Positions 55,413 to 64,000 of a stretch of DNA of 64,000 nt are shown piece after piece. Each line of letters opens with the position of its first letter. Position 1 is the stretch's first letter. Source of the DNA: Candidatus Nanohalarchaeota archaeon (GTDB taxonomy: Archaea; Nanohalarchaeota; Nanosalinia; Nanosalinales; Nanosalinaceae); NCBI GenBank assembly GCA_022729235.1, contig JALDAJ010000001.1, positions 480,001 through 544,000 on the forward strand, written 5' to 3'. The translations under genes and the position numbers were made by a program. Below the pieces are notes generated by a model. That model was not told the origin of the DNA. It did no database searches and saw only the letters and a program-made list of their open reading frames with translations.

Positions 55413-58400
55413 ATGAACACGACAACTATCCAATACACAAACAACGCTTTCACCAAGTCACTAACACTTCTAACACTACTTTTCGTAGCACTCGCACTTT
55501 TCACGACTGGTGTTGCAGCTGCAGATGTTGGTGCTGACTTATCGGTTTATAATCCACTAGATAATTACGACCATACTATTGAGTTAGATGAAGTCAGTGA
55601 TAACCTGGTGCTTTCAGATGAGGATATAACAAGCGGAGATGAAGTCCTGCTTGAAGGAACTCTTGAAGGAGATCTTATCATGGATGTGGAAAACGTGGTT
55701 GTCGAAGGAGAGAGTTATGAGAACAGCCTCCAGACCAGAATTGAAGGTCAAGTAGAGGTGGTAGCAGAAGGTGTGGAAGTTAGAGGTCTTCAGGTATCTC
55801 CAGATTCTGAAACAATTGAAGAGAAAAAATCTGGGATTTATATTGCTGAAAGTGATGTCCTCGTCGAATACAATGAAATTTCCGGAATTAACGCAAACGC
55901 GGAAAACTCTGAGCACAGCTCTATTCACGGAATTCACGTTTGGAGTGCCGAAGGAATCAGCAATATAGAGGTACGGAACAATTTAGTGAGGGATATCGAC
56001 TTTGAAGGTGATGTAGATGGTGAGTGGGGTGATTATGGAAATCTATATGCTATTCATATACAGGGTAATATTGATGGAGCGGTAGTAGAACATAATACCG
56101 TTCAAGATCTCTGGTCAGCAGGATATCTTCCAGCAATCACTTCAGGGCATACTGGTTCAGATACTGGTGACGATCCCAATACACCTCGGGATGTAAAGGT
56201 AAAATATAATCGCCTTGAGGACATAGAGACTGGTGACGCAGGAGATACGGAAATTCCTGCTGTCGGTTTCGAAATCAGTAGCGAGGGTGATGCAAGCGAC
56301 GTAAGTGTTCTTTACAACAGCTTTGAGACGCCTGTTGGTGCAGTGAACAAAGATGAAAGTAGCACGCTCGACGCAACTCAGAATTACTGGGGTTCCGCTT
56401 CACCAGACTTTGATTCTCTGGTTGAAGGAGAAGTTGACTACGCTCCCTGGTACGCGACTGAGGAGATGATAGAGAACGTCGAAGTTCTGGATGGTGATGA
56501 AACCAGAGCTTACTCCGCTACGATTCAGGGAGGGGTAGATGCCGCTCAGGAAGGCGATACTATATTTGTCGAGTCAGGTGATTACGAAGAAGCTGTCGAG
56601 GTTGATACTGGGGACTTAACTCTCTACGGTGTGGACGATCCGCTGGTCTACTATATGGAAGATGACGGAACTCCAGCGTTCTCTATAGAGGCTGCTGGTG
56701 TAGAGATGCAAGGATTTGAGGTTCACAGAGGTGGTCAGAGTCAGAGTATAGCACAGGGAATCCGGGTTTCTGCTTCCGACGTATTAGTCGCGAATAACGC
56801 TGTTAGGGGTGTAAGCGATGATGAGACCGATCAGGGTATCTCGGTGCTTGACGGATACGGCGAAGATCCCGTGGAGACCACTTCGAACGTTACTTTATAC
56901 AAGAATTACGTACACGGATTTCCTAGCGCTGTAGGAGTAGCCACCCAGGAAGAGGGAGCAGGTCTTACCGATGTCAACATAGTTGAAAACACGCTTGAGA
57001 ATAACGGCCTCGGTATAGGTGTAACCGAGTTCAATGAGGACTCAGGAAAACCTCAAAACGTCGATATAGTCGGGAACGTGATTGATAACAGCGGATTCGA
57101 TGAAGGAGTAGGCCTATGGATTTTCTCGAATGATAAATACGGAATTAAAGGAGTCGCAGATGCAGAAGAGGTCAACGCCTCCGGAAATACATTCAGCGGA
57201 AACAAGATTCATCTTCTGGACGAAACAGGAGTTGCCAGCGATGTAGATGTTCTTGAAGAGTTCATTGAAGACAACGAAGTGAATAACCCTGTAGTATCTT
57301 TAAAAAGTGAAACATCAGGCCTACCTGTCGTCTACGGTGAGATCCAACCTGCGATAGGTGACTCCGAAGAAGGGTTTGAAGTTATTGTTGGAGAAGGAAC
57401 CTATGAGGAGTCTGTGACTGTTGATGTTGAGAACTTGAATCTGATAGGTGTTGAAAGTCCTGTAGTTGATGCTGGCGGTGCTGATATCGGAATTAGTATT
57501 GAATCAGATCTCGGAAATGTAACTGTTGAAGGATTTAATGTAACTAACTGGGTTGCTGGAGGAATAGGACAGGGATGGGTGGACTATGAGGGAACATCAT
57601 CCCATATCCATAATAACGTCATAACTGCGGGAGATGAGACTGCCGAACATGGTAACTCTATTCAGGTTACTGGTAATGAATCGACGGTTGTCGGGAATAC
57701 ATTAACCGTTACCCACCAGGTTTCGCCTGATTGGAGTGCGTCAGGAATCCTTGTATTTAGTGCAAGTAGTGCTTACGTTGCGCACAACCACGTTATAGGA
57801 GAGGGAGGTGACCGCGGAATCGTTGTTGGAGGCGGCGGTCACTACGGCAGTGACGATGAAGGTCTGAACCGGCCTGTACAGGATGTTGTTGTCGAAGATA
57901 ATCTTGTCGAGGACTCAGAAGTCGGAATCACCACTCAATCTCAGGCGTTTGATACAGTGATGGTTAATAACACTATCAGGGATAATGAAGTAGGTGTTCA
58001 AGAAGATACAGTTGAGGGTTTAAGTCCTCAGAGGACGTTAATTGAAGATAATCATATATCTGAAAACAACGTTGGACTGGAGATAGTCTCTAAGGATGAC
58101 AGTGAGCTAGAATTCACTGGAGATGTTATTTCTAACGAGTTCATAGATAATGACGTATATCTTATTGATGACTCTGGAGAGGCAGACTTACAATCTATTT
58201 TAGGAAATAATATCTTCCAGCCCTCTGCCGTTCAGGAAGGAAGTACCTTAGTCCAGGAAGCAGACGTTGATGTAATCAATGTTGACATGAATGTCGGATA
58301 TCAGACGATTCAGGAAGCAGTTGAGGATGCAGAACAGGGGCATAGAATCGAAGTCCGGGAAGGGATTTACGAGGAAGAGAACATCCGGCTGAATACTGAT

Positions 58401-59801
58401 GGTATCACGCTTACCTCCGCGGATTCAGAGAACCCTGCTGAGATCACTCACGATGAAGGAGAAAAGGATATCCTGAAAGTGGATAACGACAGTATTACCG
58501 TCTCTAATATCGTTCTTACGGCAACAGAGGCTGGCGCAATTGATGATTCTGGAGGCAAAGGGTTCATGCTCGACAGCAGCGTTGTGAAAGCAGCATCTGA
58601 ATTTGATGAAACCTCAATTGTCAACATTGCACAGCCTGATGCAACTATCGCTAATTCAACAATTGAGAATCAACTTCGACTACAGGCAGGCGCAACTGAC
58701 GCGACTGTACGAGGTAACGAGTTGGAGAACATCAATCTGAACAGTGATGCAGAGATAGTGAGTAACAGCTTTACTGGAGAGTTTGTCGGTGTTACTGTAT
58801 CAGGTACGACAGTAGTTGATGATGCAGAAATAGTTGGAAACAACTTCAGTGGAGTTGTCGGTGTTGCCCTGGCAGATCACAGTAGAAGTGTCGAAGTCAG
58901 TGAAAATGTGTTTGAAGATACAGAATTTGGTGTCTTAGTGTTTGAAGGTGATGAATCTGCCGGAGAGGAGAATACAGTGACGAGGAATAAGTTTACGGGT
59001 AACGAACACGCCGTTTCTGTAGCCGGTGAAGGACATGGACCTGCAGACGCTACTGCTGTTGAGGTGAACTACAACAACATCACAGGTAACACCTTGGGAG
59101 TTGTCAACGAGGGTAGTGGAGAAATCGACGCAACCCGTAACTACTGGGGACAGCCTCAGGGTCCTGAGGATTCCCAGGTAGAAGGCGATGTTGTTTACAC
59201 GCCTTGGTTGCCTGTTCCGCATGCCCAGCAGGGTGTGCTTGAGATCGCCGAGGAGAATCCAAGTGTTACCAGGGGTAATACTCAGAGCTTCTCCGCAGTC
59301 GTCAGGGATGGCGGTGAGGAGTATGAAGTTGATGATGTCGAGTGGAGTATAGTTAGTGACTCGGCTGGCTCTGAGATAGATGGTAACTCGGTTACTACTG
59401 GTTCGCAGGGAAGTGTTGATGTTGTGGCTGAATATGTTGGCGACGAACTTGAGCTGGCTGTTGAGGAAGCCACGGTAACCCTGAATTCGGAAGGGAGAAC
59501 TCACTCTCCTTCAGGAACTCCGGTAACTCTTCCGGATGAGGCGGAGGCAGAGCTTCCTGACGAGGCAGAAGTAGATGAAGGGGAAGAACAGGAGGAAGAG
59601 ACAGATGAGGAAGAAACTGGTACCGGTGAGGATGCGACCGGAGATACTACGACCGATGAAGGTACGACCGGGGACGATACTACTGGTGAACAGGAAGAAG
59701 ACCCTGATACCCCGACCGGGCTGACAGGACTGTTCCTGGCTGATGCTCCGGACTTCCTGGTATCGCTGACGGAGTCTATCTCCAACCTCCTACCTTTCTG
59801 A
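55413..59801 (+). CDS. Large surface (glyco)protein with repeated right-handed beta-helix modules
   Basis: Signal peptide; three TIQ.AVD.A..GD.I.V..G.YEE modules; two DAT.NYWG...V.Y.PW motifs; Ig-like domain; acidic Thr/Glu linker; C-terminus TGLTGLF...NLLPF. Confidence 0.82.
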   Translation: MNTTTIQYTNNAFTKSLTLLTLLFVALALFTTGVAAADVGADLSVYNPLDNYDHTIELDEVSDNLVLSDEDITSGDEVLLEGTLEGDLIMDVENVVVEGESYENSLQTRIEGQVEVVAEGVEVRGLQVSPDSETIEEKKSGIYIAESDVLVEYNEISGINANAENSEHSSIHGIHVWSAEGISNIEVRNNLVRDIDFEGDVDGEWGDYGNLYAIHIQGNIDGAVVEHNTVQDLWSAGYLPAITSGHTGSDTGDDPNTPRDVKVKYNRLEDIETGDAGDTEIPAVGFEISSEGDASDVSVLYNSFETPVGAVNKDESSTLDATQNYWGSASPDFDSLVEGEVDYAPWYATEEMIENVEVLDGDETRAYSATIQGGVDAAQEGDTIFVESGDYEEAVEVDTGDLTLYGVDDPLVYYMEDDGTPAFSIEAAGVEMQGFEVHRGGQSQSIAQGIRVSASDVLVANNAVRGVSDDETDQGISVLDGYGEDPVETTSNVTLYKNYVHGFPSAVGVATQEEGAGLTDVNIVENTLENNGLGIGVTEFNEDSGKPQNVDIVGNVIDNSGFDEGVGLWIFSNDKYGIKGVADAEEVNASGNTFSGNKIHLLDETGVASDVDVLEEFIEDNEVNNPVVSLKSETSGLPVVYGEIQPAIGDSEEGFEVIVGEGTYEESVTVDVENLNLIGVESPVVDAGGADIGISIESDLGNVTVEGFNVTNWVAGGIGQGWVDYEGTSSHIHNNVITAGDETAEHGNSIQVTGNESTVVGNTLTVTHQVSPDWSASGILVFSASSAYVAHNHVIGEGGDRGIVVGGGGHYGSDDEGLNRPVQDVVVEDNLVEDSEVGITTQSQAFDTVMVNNTIRDNEVGVQEDTVEGLSPQRTLIEDNHISENNVGLEIVSKDDSELEFTGDVISNEFIDNDVYLIDDSGEADLQSILGNNIFQPSAVQEGSTLVQEADVDVINVDMNVGYQTIQEAVEDAEQGHRIEVREGIYEEENIRLNTDGITLTSADSENPAEITHDEGEKDILKVDNDSITVSNIVLTATEAGAIDDSGGKGFMLDSSVVKAASEFDETSIVNIAQPDATIANSTIENQLRLQAGATDATVRGNELENINLNSDAEIVSNSFTGEFVGVTVSGTTVVDDAEIVGNNFSGVVGVALADHSRSVEVSENVFEDTEFGVLVFEGDESAGEENTVTRNKFTGNEHAVSVAGEGHGPADATAVEVNYNNITGNTLGVVNEGSGEIDATRNYWGQPQGPEDSQVEGDVVYTPWLPVPHAQQGVLEIAEENPSVTRGNTQSFSAVVRDGGEEYEVDDVEWSIVSDSAGSEIDGNSVTTGSQGSVDVVAEYVGDELELAVEEATVTLNSEGRTHSPSGTPVTLPDEAEAELPDEAEVDEGEEQEEETDEEETGTGEDATGDTTTDEGTTGDDTTGEQEEDPDTPTGLTGLFLADAPDFLVSLTESISNLLPF

Positions 59802-59810
59802 TTTTTCCTT

Positions 59811-60992
59811 TTACTCGCCGCGCTTCTCTTTGACATTTCCAACGAGATAGAGAGAGCCGGTTACGACTACCGAGCCGTCTCTACCAGCTTCTTCAAGCGC
59901 GAGCTCGACAGCTTTCTCCGGGTCGGATTCGACTTCGTAAGGGATAGAAACTTGCGAGGCTATCTTCTCAGGATGTTCTGCAAGGAAGAAGTCCGACTTC
60001 GTGAGGTAGAACTTGGATGCTTTCTCCTCGAGCACTGACACCATCTCTCCAAGGTCCTTATTCTCCAGGGCGTTGAAGACGCAGATGAAGTCGTCAGGTA
60101 AGTCAGGCAGTATTTTCCTTAACGCCGCAGGGTTGTGTGCACCGTCTTGGATGTATGTCGGCATCCTGTCGATGACCTCCATCCTCCCCGGGCATTCAAG
60201 GTCGGAGAACGCTGTTTCAAGGTACTCTGGCACTCTGTCCAGCTCTTCTATCACTCTGAGAGCTACTTCCAGGTTCTCCTTCTGGAAGCTTCCTTCGACA
60301 GGTATTGAAAACTTTTTTCCATCGAACAAGTAGGAGTTCCCAATCTCTTCCACACTCTGGGGTTCCAGTACTTCCGCACCTCTCTCCTCCGCGACTTCAA
60401 GTATAGTTTCCAGGCGGTCACCTGCCACGACTTTACCGTCCTCCGGTATTATGCCTGCTTTCTCGCTCGCTATCTCCTCCGGCGTGTCCCCGAGGTATTC
60501 GGTATGGTCCTCGCTGATGTTGGTTATCGCCGCTACCTCTGGCTCCGCGGCGTTCGTTGCGTCAAGTCTCCCGCCCATCCCGACCTCCATGACCGCGCAG
60601 TCAACCTGCTTTTTCGAGAAGTAGAGGAATGCAAGGACGGTCATGAACTCGAAGAACGTTAGTTCTTTTTCCAATTCAAGGGATTCGATTTTCCTGTAGA
60701 GCTCTAGAAATTCTTCCTTTGAAATCAGCTCTCCGTTGACTTTGACTCTTTCCCTTGCTGACACCAGATGAGGTGACTTGTAGACACCTACTTTGCGGTG
60801 GTTCGCCTGTAAGCCCTCCGATACCATCTCCACAGTGGAACCCTTGCCATTGGTACCGCCTACAAGCACCACCGGGTAGTCTCTGTCAGGTCTCGAAAGT
60901 GCTTCCAGTGCCTCGCGGGTAGACTCCAGTGCAGGCTTCTTCCTGTCGGATCCTCGCGATGCAAGTTCTTCTATTACTTCTTTGTATTCCAC
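59811..60992 (-). CDS. folC: Folylpolyglutamate/dihydrofolate synthase (GTG start)
   Basis: VGGTNGKGS, SPHL, EVGMGGRLDATN, DHTEYLG, PGRME, DGAHNP, TGSLYLVG. Confidence 0.95.
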   Translation of the reverse strand: MEYKEVIEELASRGSDRKKPALESTREALEALSRPDRDYPVVLVGGTNGKGSTVEMVSEGLQANHRKVGVYKSPHLVSARERVKVNGELISKEEFLELYRKIESLELEKELTFFEFMTVLAFLYFSKKQVDCAVMEVGMGGRLDATNAAEPEVAAITNISEDHTEYLGDTPEEIASEKAGIIPEDGKVVAGDRLETILEVAEERGAEVLEPQSVEEIGNSYLFDGKKFSIPVEGSFQKENLEVALRVIEELDRVPEYLETAFSDLECPGRMEVIDRMPTYIQDGAHNPAALRKILPDLPDDFICVFNALENKDLGEMVSVLEEKASKFYLTKSDFFLAEHPEKIASQVSIPYEVESDPEKAVELALEEAGRDGSVVVTGSLYLVGNVKEKRGE

Positions 60993-61025
60993 AGGGAACT
61001 TTTCCGGCGGAACGGTTTAATTAGT

Positions 61026-62123
61026 TTATTCGGCGACGCCGAACTTGATGCCGTCGTGGGGATTGTAGTCCTTTACCTTAATGTCTTCGAACTCTAGCTC
61101 GTCAATTGACTTGTCCGCGACCTCTATACTTGGTCTTTCCCGGGACTCGCGTGAGAGCTGTTTCATCAGCCCTGGTACGTGGTCGTACGGGTTACCTCGT
61201 TTATCTGTCTCGCCTTCCGGTGCGTTCTGCTCTATCCAGTTCTTTACGTCCAGGAAGTCCTCGCTGCTCGAGGCTTCCCTGATCTTTTCCTTCAGCGTTT
61301 CCATGTTGTCGCCGTACCACTCGCCCCTCGCGTTTTTGCCACAGTAGAGGTGTGCGTCAACTATCGTGTGGGAGAACTTTCCTACTTCAAGCGAGGTCTG
61401 TTCCGCGATTATATGTGTTATCAGGGAATAAGAGGCGATGTTGAAAGGTATACCGAGAGCGGTGTCGCCTGACCGTTGCGTGAGATGAGTGTTCAGTTTA
61501 CCGTCCTGCACGTTCATGACCCACGTGAAGTGGCACGGAGGGAGCTTTGAAATCGCTGCATTAGCGGGATGCCACGCTGTTATGACTATCCTTCTCGACT
61601 CCGGTCCCCGGTAGGGGTGGTCGCCGTTGAGCGTGTCGATCGCGTACTGTACCTGGTCGAATGTTTTTCTACCGTCTTCCTCCTCGTTGATCCATCTATC
61701 TACCTGTTCTATCTTCTCTCTCGGCAGATCGTACCAGCTCTCCGCATCTCCGTGCCAGTCATCTCTGTTAGGCCACCACTCGCCCTCAAGCTGGTCCTTC
61801 CTTTGTGGAAGAGGATATCGGCGCCAGAAGCGTCCATATGCGGTCGGCAGGTTCCAGTCGTCGTCCGCCCAGGCGTCCCAGATCTTGCTGTGCTCTCTGA
61901 AATCTCTTATATGGTGTTCACCGGAGAAGTACCACAGCAGCTCGTATATAAGCGATTTCCAGCGGTATCCGGACATGTCCTTTGTAGTCAGCAGTGGAAA
62001 GCCTTCCTGCAGGTCGATGGTGTAGGACTCGGAGAACTTGGAGATAGTGTCCGAAGCTGTTCTATTAGGCTTGTAGTTTCCCTGTGAAAGAATGTTTTCA
62101 ACGAGCTGATGGTACTGCTTCAT
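61026..62123 (-). CDS. thyA: Thymidylate synthase ThyA (long form with insertions)
   Basis: FPLLTTK, ELLWYFSG, IWDAWAD, SRRIVITAWHP, LPPCH, QRSGDTALGIPFN, DAHLY. Confidence 0.95.
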   Translation of the reverse strand: MKQYHQLVENILSQGNYKPNRTASDTISKFSESYTIDLQEGFPLLTTKDMSGYRWKSLIYELLWYFSGEHHIRDFREHSKIWDAWADDDWNLPTAYGRFWRRYPLPQRKDQLEGEWWPNRDDWHGDAESWYDLPREKIEQVDRWINEEEDGRKTFDQVQYAIDTLNGDHPYRGPESRRIVITAWHPANAAISKLPPCHFTWVMNVQDGKLNTHLTQRSGDTALGIPFNIASYSLITHIIAEQTSLEVGKFSHTIVDAHLYCGKNARGEWYGDNMETLKEKIREASSSEDFLDVKNWIEQNAPEGETDKRGNPYDHVPGLMKQLSRESRERPSIEVADKSIDELEFEDIKVKDYNPHDGIKFGVAE

Positions 62124-62165
62124 GTGTCGTTCTTCTGGTGAAACTGTTAATTATTTTTCGAGCCT

Positions 62166-63428
62166 TCAGTACTCGACTTCCGAGTCCTCGTAGAGAGGGA
62201 ACTCCTTCAATAACTCATGGACCCGGTTGTTGATTTCCTCCTCCAACTTACCGTCTCCAGGGTTCTTTACCCTCTCGGCTATCATCTCTCCTATCTCCTC
62301 CAGCTCGTCTTCCTCCATACCTCTTGTAGTAAGAGCAGGAGTACCAATCCTCACGCCAGAAGTTACTCGTGGCGATTCCGGATCGTACGGCACCATGTTC
62401 TTGTTGACAATGATGTCTACTTCCTCAAGTGCTGCTTCTGCCTCTTTACCAGTTATATCTTCGTCTCGAAGGTCGACCAGCACCAGGTGGTTATCAGTCC
62501 CGCCGGAGACAAGCTTCAGACCGTTGTCCTGTAAACCTTTTGCGAGCGCCTCCGCATTTTCCTTAATCTGCCTTGCATAGTCTTCAAACTCCGGTTTCAT
62601 AGCCTCGTTGAAACAGACGGCTTTAGCGGCTAGCTGGTGCATCAGAGGTCCGCCCTGCGAGTAGGGGAATACTGCCTTGTCGATGTCTTTCGCGTATTTA
62701 TCCTTGCAGAGAATCATTCCGCCTCTAGCTCCGCGGATGGATTTGTGCGTTGTCGTTGTAACTATATCGCATTCCGGGAACGGAGACTCATGTTCCCCTG
62801 CCGCCACTAGACCGGAGATATGGGCGATGTCGCACATCAGGAGCGCATCCACTTCATCTGCGACTTCTCTGAACATCTCGAAATCGATTTCACGTGGGTA
62901 CGCGGAGTAACCGCAGACGATCAGGTCGGGATCGTGCTCTCTCGCCGCCTCCAGTATGTCTTCCTTCTCGAACTCTTCAGTCTCCTTGTTTATCGGGTAG
63001 GTGCCGAAGTCGAACAGGTCGCCGGAGAAGTTAACGCCGTGACCATGGGTCAGGTGTCCGCCATGCGCAAGTACCGGTCCGAGCACCTTGTCGCCTGCCT
63101 CCAGAACTGAGAAGTAAGCTGCAAAATTTGCCTGCGAGCCGGAGTGCGGCTGGATGTTAGCATGGTCTGCACCGAATATCTCGCATGCCCGCTCTCTTGC
63201 GAGGTCTTCTATGGTGTCGTGGTGCTCGCATCCGGCGTAGTATCTTTTACCAGGGTAGCCCTCGCAGTACTTGTTGGTCAGGATAGAGCCCTGTGCCTGT
63301 AAAACCTGTCTTGGAACAAAGTTTTCTGAGGCTATCATCTCTAAACCTTCTTTCTCCTGTCTCTCCATCTCATTTTCCAGGGCTTTGTGTACTTCTGGGT
63401 CCGCGTCTGAAAGATCCTGATGCTTCAC
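62166..63428 (-). CDS. glyA: Serine hydroxymethyltransferase, bacterial type (GTG start)
   Basis: MIASEN, NKYCEGYPGKRYY, QPHSGSQAN, GGHLTHG, TTTHKSIRGARGG, SGVRIGTPA. Confidence 0.97.
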   Translation of the reverse strand: MKHQDLSDADPEVHKALENEMERQEKEGLEMIASENFVPRQVLQAQGSILTNKYCEGYPGKRYYAGCEHHDTIEDLARERACEIFGADHANIQPHSGSQANFAAYFSVLEAGDKVLGPVLAHGGHLTHGHGVNFSGDLFDFGTYPINKETEEFEKEDILEAAREHDPDLIVCGYSAYPREIDFEMFREVADEVDALLMCDIAHISGLVAAGEHESPFPECDIVTTTTHKSIRGARGGMILCKDKYAKDIDKAVFPYSQGGPLMHQLAAKAVCFNEAMKPEFEDYARQIKENAEALAKGLQDNGLKLVSGGTDNHLVLVDLRDEDITGKEAEAALEEVDIIVNKNMVPYDPESPRVTSGVRIGTPALTTRGMEEDELEEIGEMIAERVKNPGDGKLEEEINNRVHELLKEFPLYEDSEVEY

Positions 63429-63429
63429 G

Positions 63430-64000
63430 TTATTCGACCTCTATGTACTCCTGCCCGCCCATGTAGGGCTGTAGAGCCTCCGGTATCTCTATTCCGCGTT
63501 CGCTCTGGTGGTTTTCGATTATCGCGGTCATAGTCCGCTGTGTGGCGCAGGCGGTCGCGTTCAGGGTGTGAACGGTCTCGTTGTCATCACTGCCTCTTCT
63601 TATCCTTGCGTTCAGCTTGGTTGCCTGGTAAACGGTGCAGTTACTGCATGAGACGACCTCTCCGTACTCCTGGAGTGGTGGGCGCCAGACCTCGATATCG
63701 TATTTTTTCGCTGCTGTATCCCCGAGGTCTCCGGTACACACGTTGACGACGCGGTAAGGCAGTTCGAGCTCCTGGAATATCTCCTCCGCGTTCTGCAGAA
63801 GTTCCTCGTGTAGTTCCCACGAGTCTTCCGGTTCGGAAAAAATAAACTGTTCGATCTTCTCGAACTGGTGTACGCGCCAGATACCGCGCGTCTGTTGTCC
63901 GTGCTTGCCCGCTTCTCTCCTGAAATTGGTGGAGAAACCCGCAAGTTTCAGCGGTAATTCCTGTGGTTCGATTATCTCGTTGTGTTTCAGTGCTGCGAGC
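63430..64000 (-). CDS. serS: Seryl-tRNA synthetase (C-terminal part; runs off the right edge)
   Basis: Manual translation: FRREAGKHGQQTRGIWRVHQFEKIEQF, AAKKYDIEVW, EVVSCSNCT, HTLNATACATQR. Confidence 0.95.
   Translation of the reverse strand, partial: LAALKHNEIIEPQELPLKLAGFSTNFRREAGKHGQQTRGIWRVHQFEKIEQFIFSEPEDSWELHEELLQNAEEIFQELELPYRVVNVCTGDLGDTAAKKYDIEVWRPPLQEYGEVVSCSNCTVYQATKLNARIRRGSDDNETVHTLNATACATQRTMTAIIENHQSERGIEIPEALQPYMGGQEYIEVE

Noticed and set aside
1909-63110. Numerous Ser-rich antisense ORFs (for example 5586..6314, 9131..9841, 1909..2511)
   Set aside because: Expected reverse-complement artefact of GAA/GAG/GAC-rich acidic genes
63430-63944. 103-aa and 110-aa ORFs as separate genes
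   Set aside because: The 103-aa ORF is the C-terminus of serS; the other is an out-of-frame shadow
1-64000. CRISPR array, rRNA, transposase, integrase or prophage
   Set aside because: No regularly spaced repeat-spacer array, rRNA signature or recombinase/transposase motif was seen; the hairpin repeats are separated by ribosomal protein genes, not spacers

Overview
This is a compact, gene-dense archaeal chromosome segment encoding very acidic (D/E-rich, salt-in type) proteins. The combination of archaeal information genes, short intergenic spacers, many apparently leaderless starts and a glycogen/EMP gene cluster fits a Nanohaloarchaeota (DPANN) genome best; that assignment is an inference. 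Left to right: partial alaS; an SPFH protein; the ftsZ-secE-spt5-rpl11-rpl1-rpl10...rpl12 operon, interrupted by three non-ribosomal genes; slyD; a bacterial-type leuS; minD-X-minD; an approximately 25 kb glycogen/glycolysis/gluconeogenesis cluster (pgm, ADP-dependent sugar kinase, tpi, debranching enzyme, GT3 glycogen synthase, pgi, GT4s, GH15, GH57, gap, fba, fbp); hel308; three large surface proteins; and a serS-glyA-thyA-folC...folA thymidylate/folate cluster. Six type II toxin-antitoxin pairs are scattered between housekeeping genes. No CRISPR array, rRNA, intact tRNA or transposase was found. The most notable unexplained signals are (1) a family of tandem hairpins that sequester the Shine-Dalgarno site in front of rpl11, rpl1 and rpl10, (2) a shared palindromic operator at the starts of gap and fba-fbp, (3) a half GT-B protein lacking its donor-binding domain, (4) a three-gene insertion splitting rpl10 from rpl12 that includes an HTH plus degenerate LAGLIDADG-like protein, and (5) several structured intergenic ncRNA candidates. 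All calls come from reading motifs by eye; no database searches were run.
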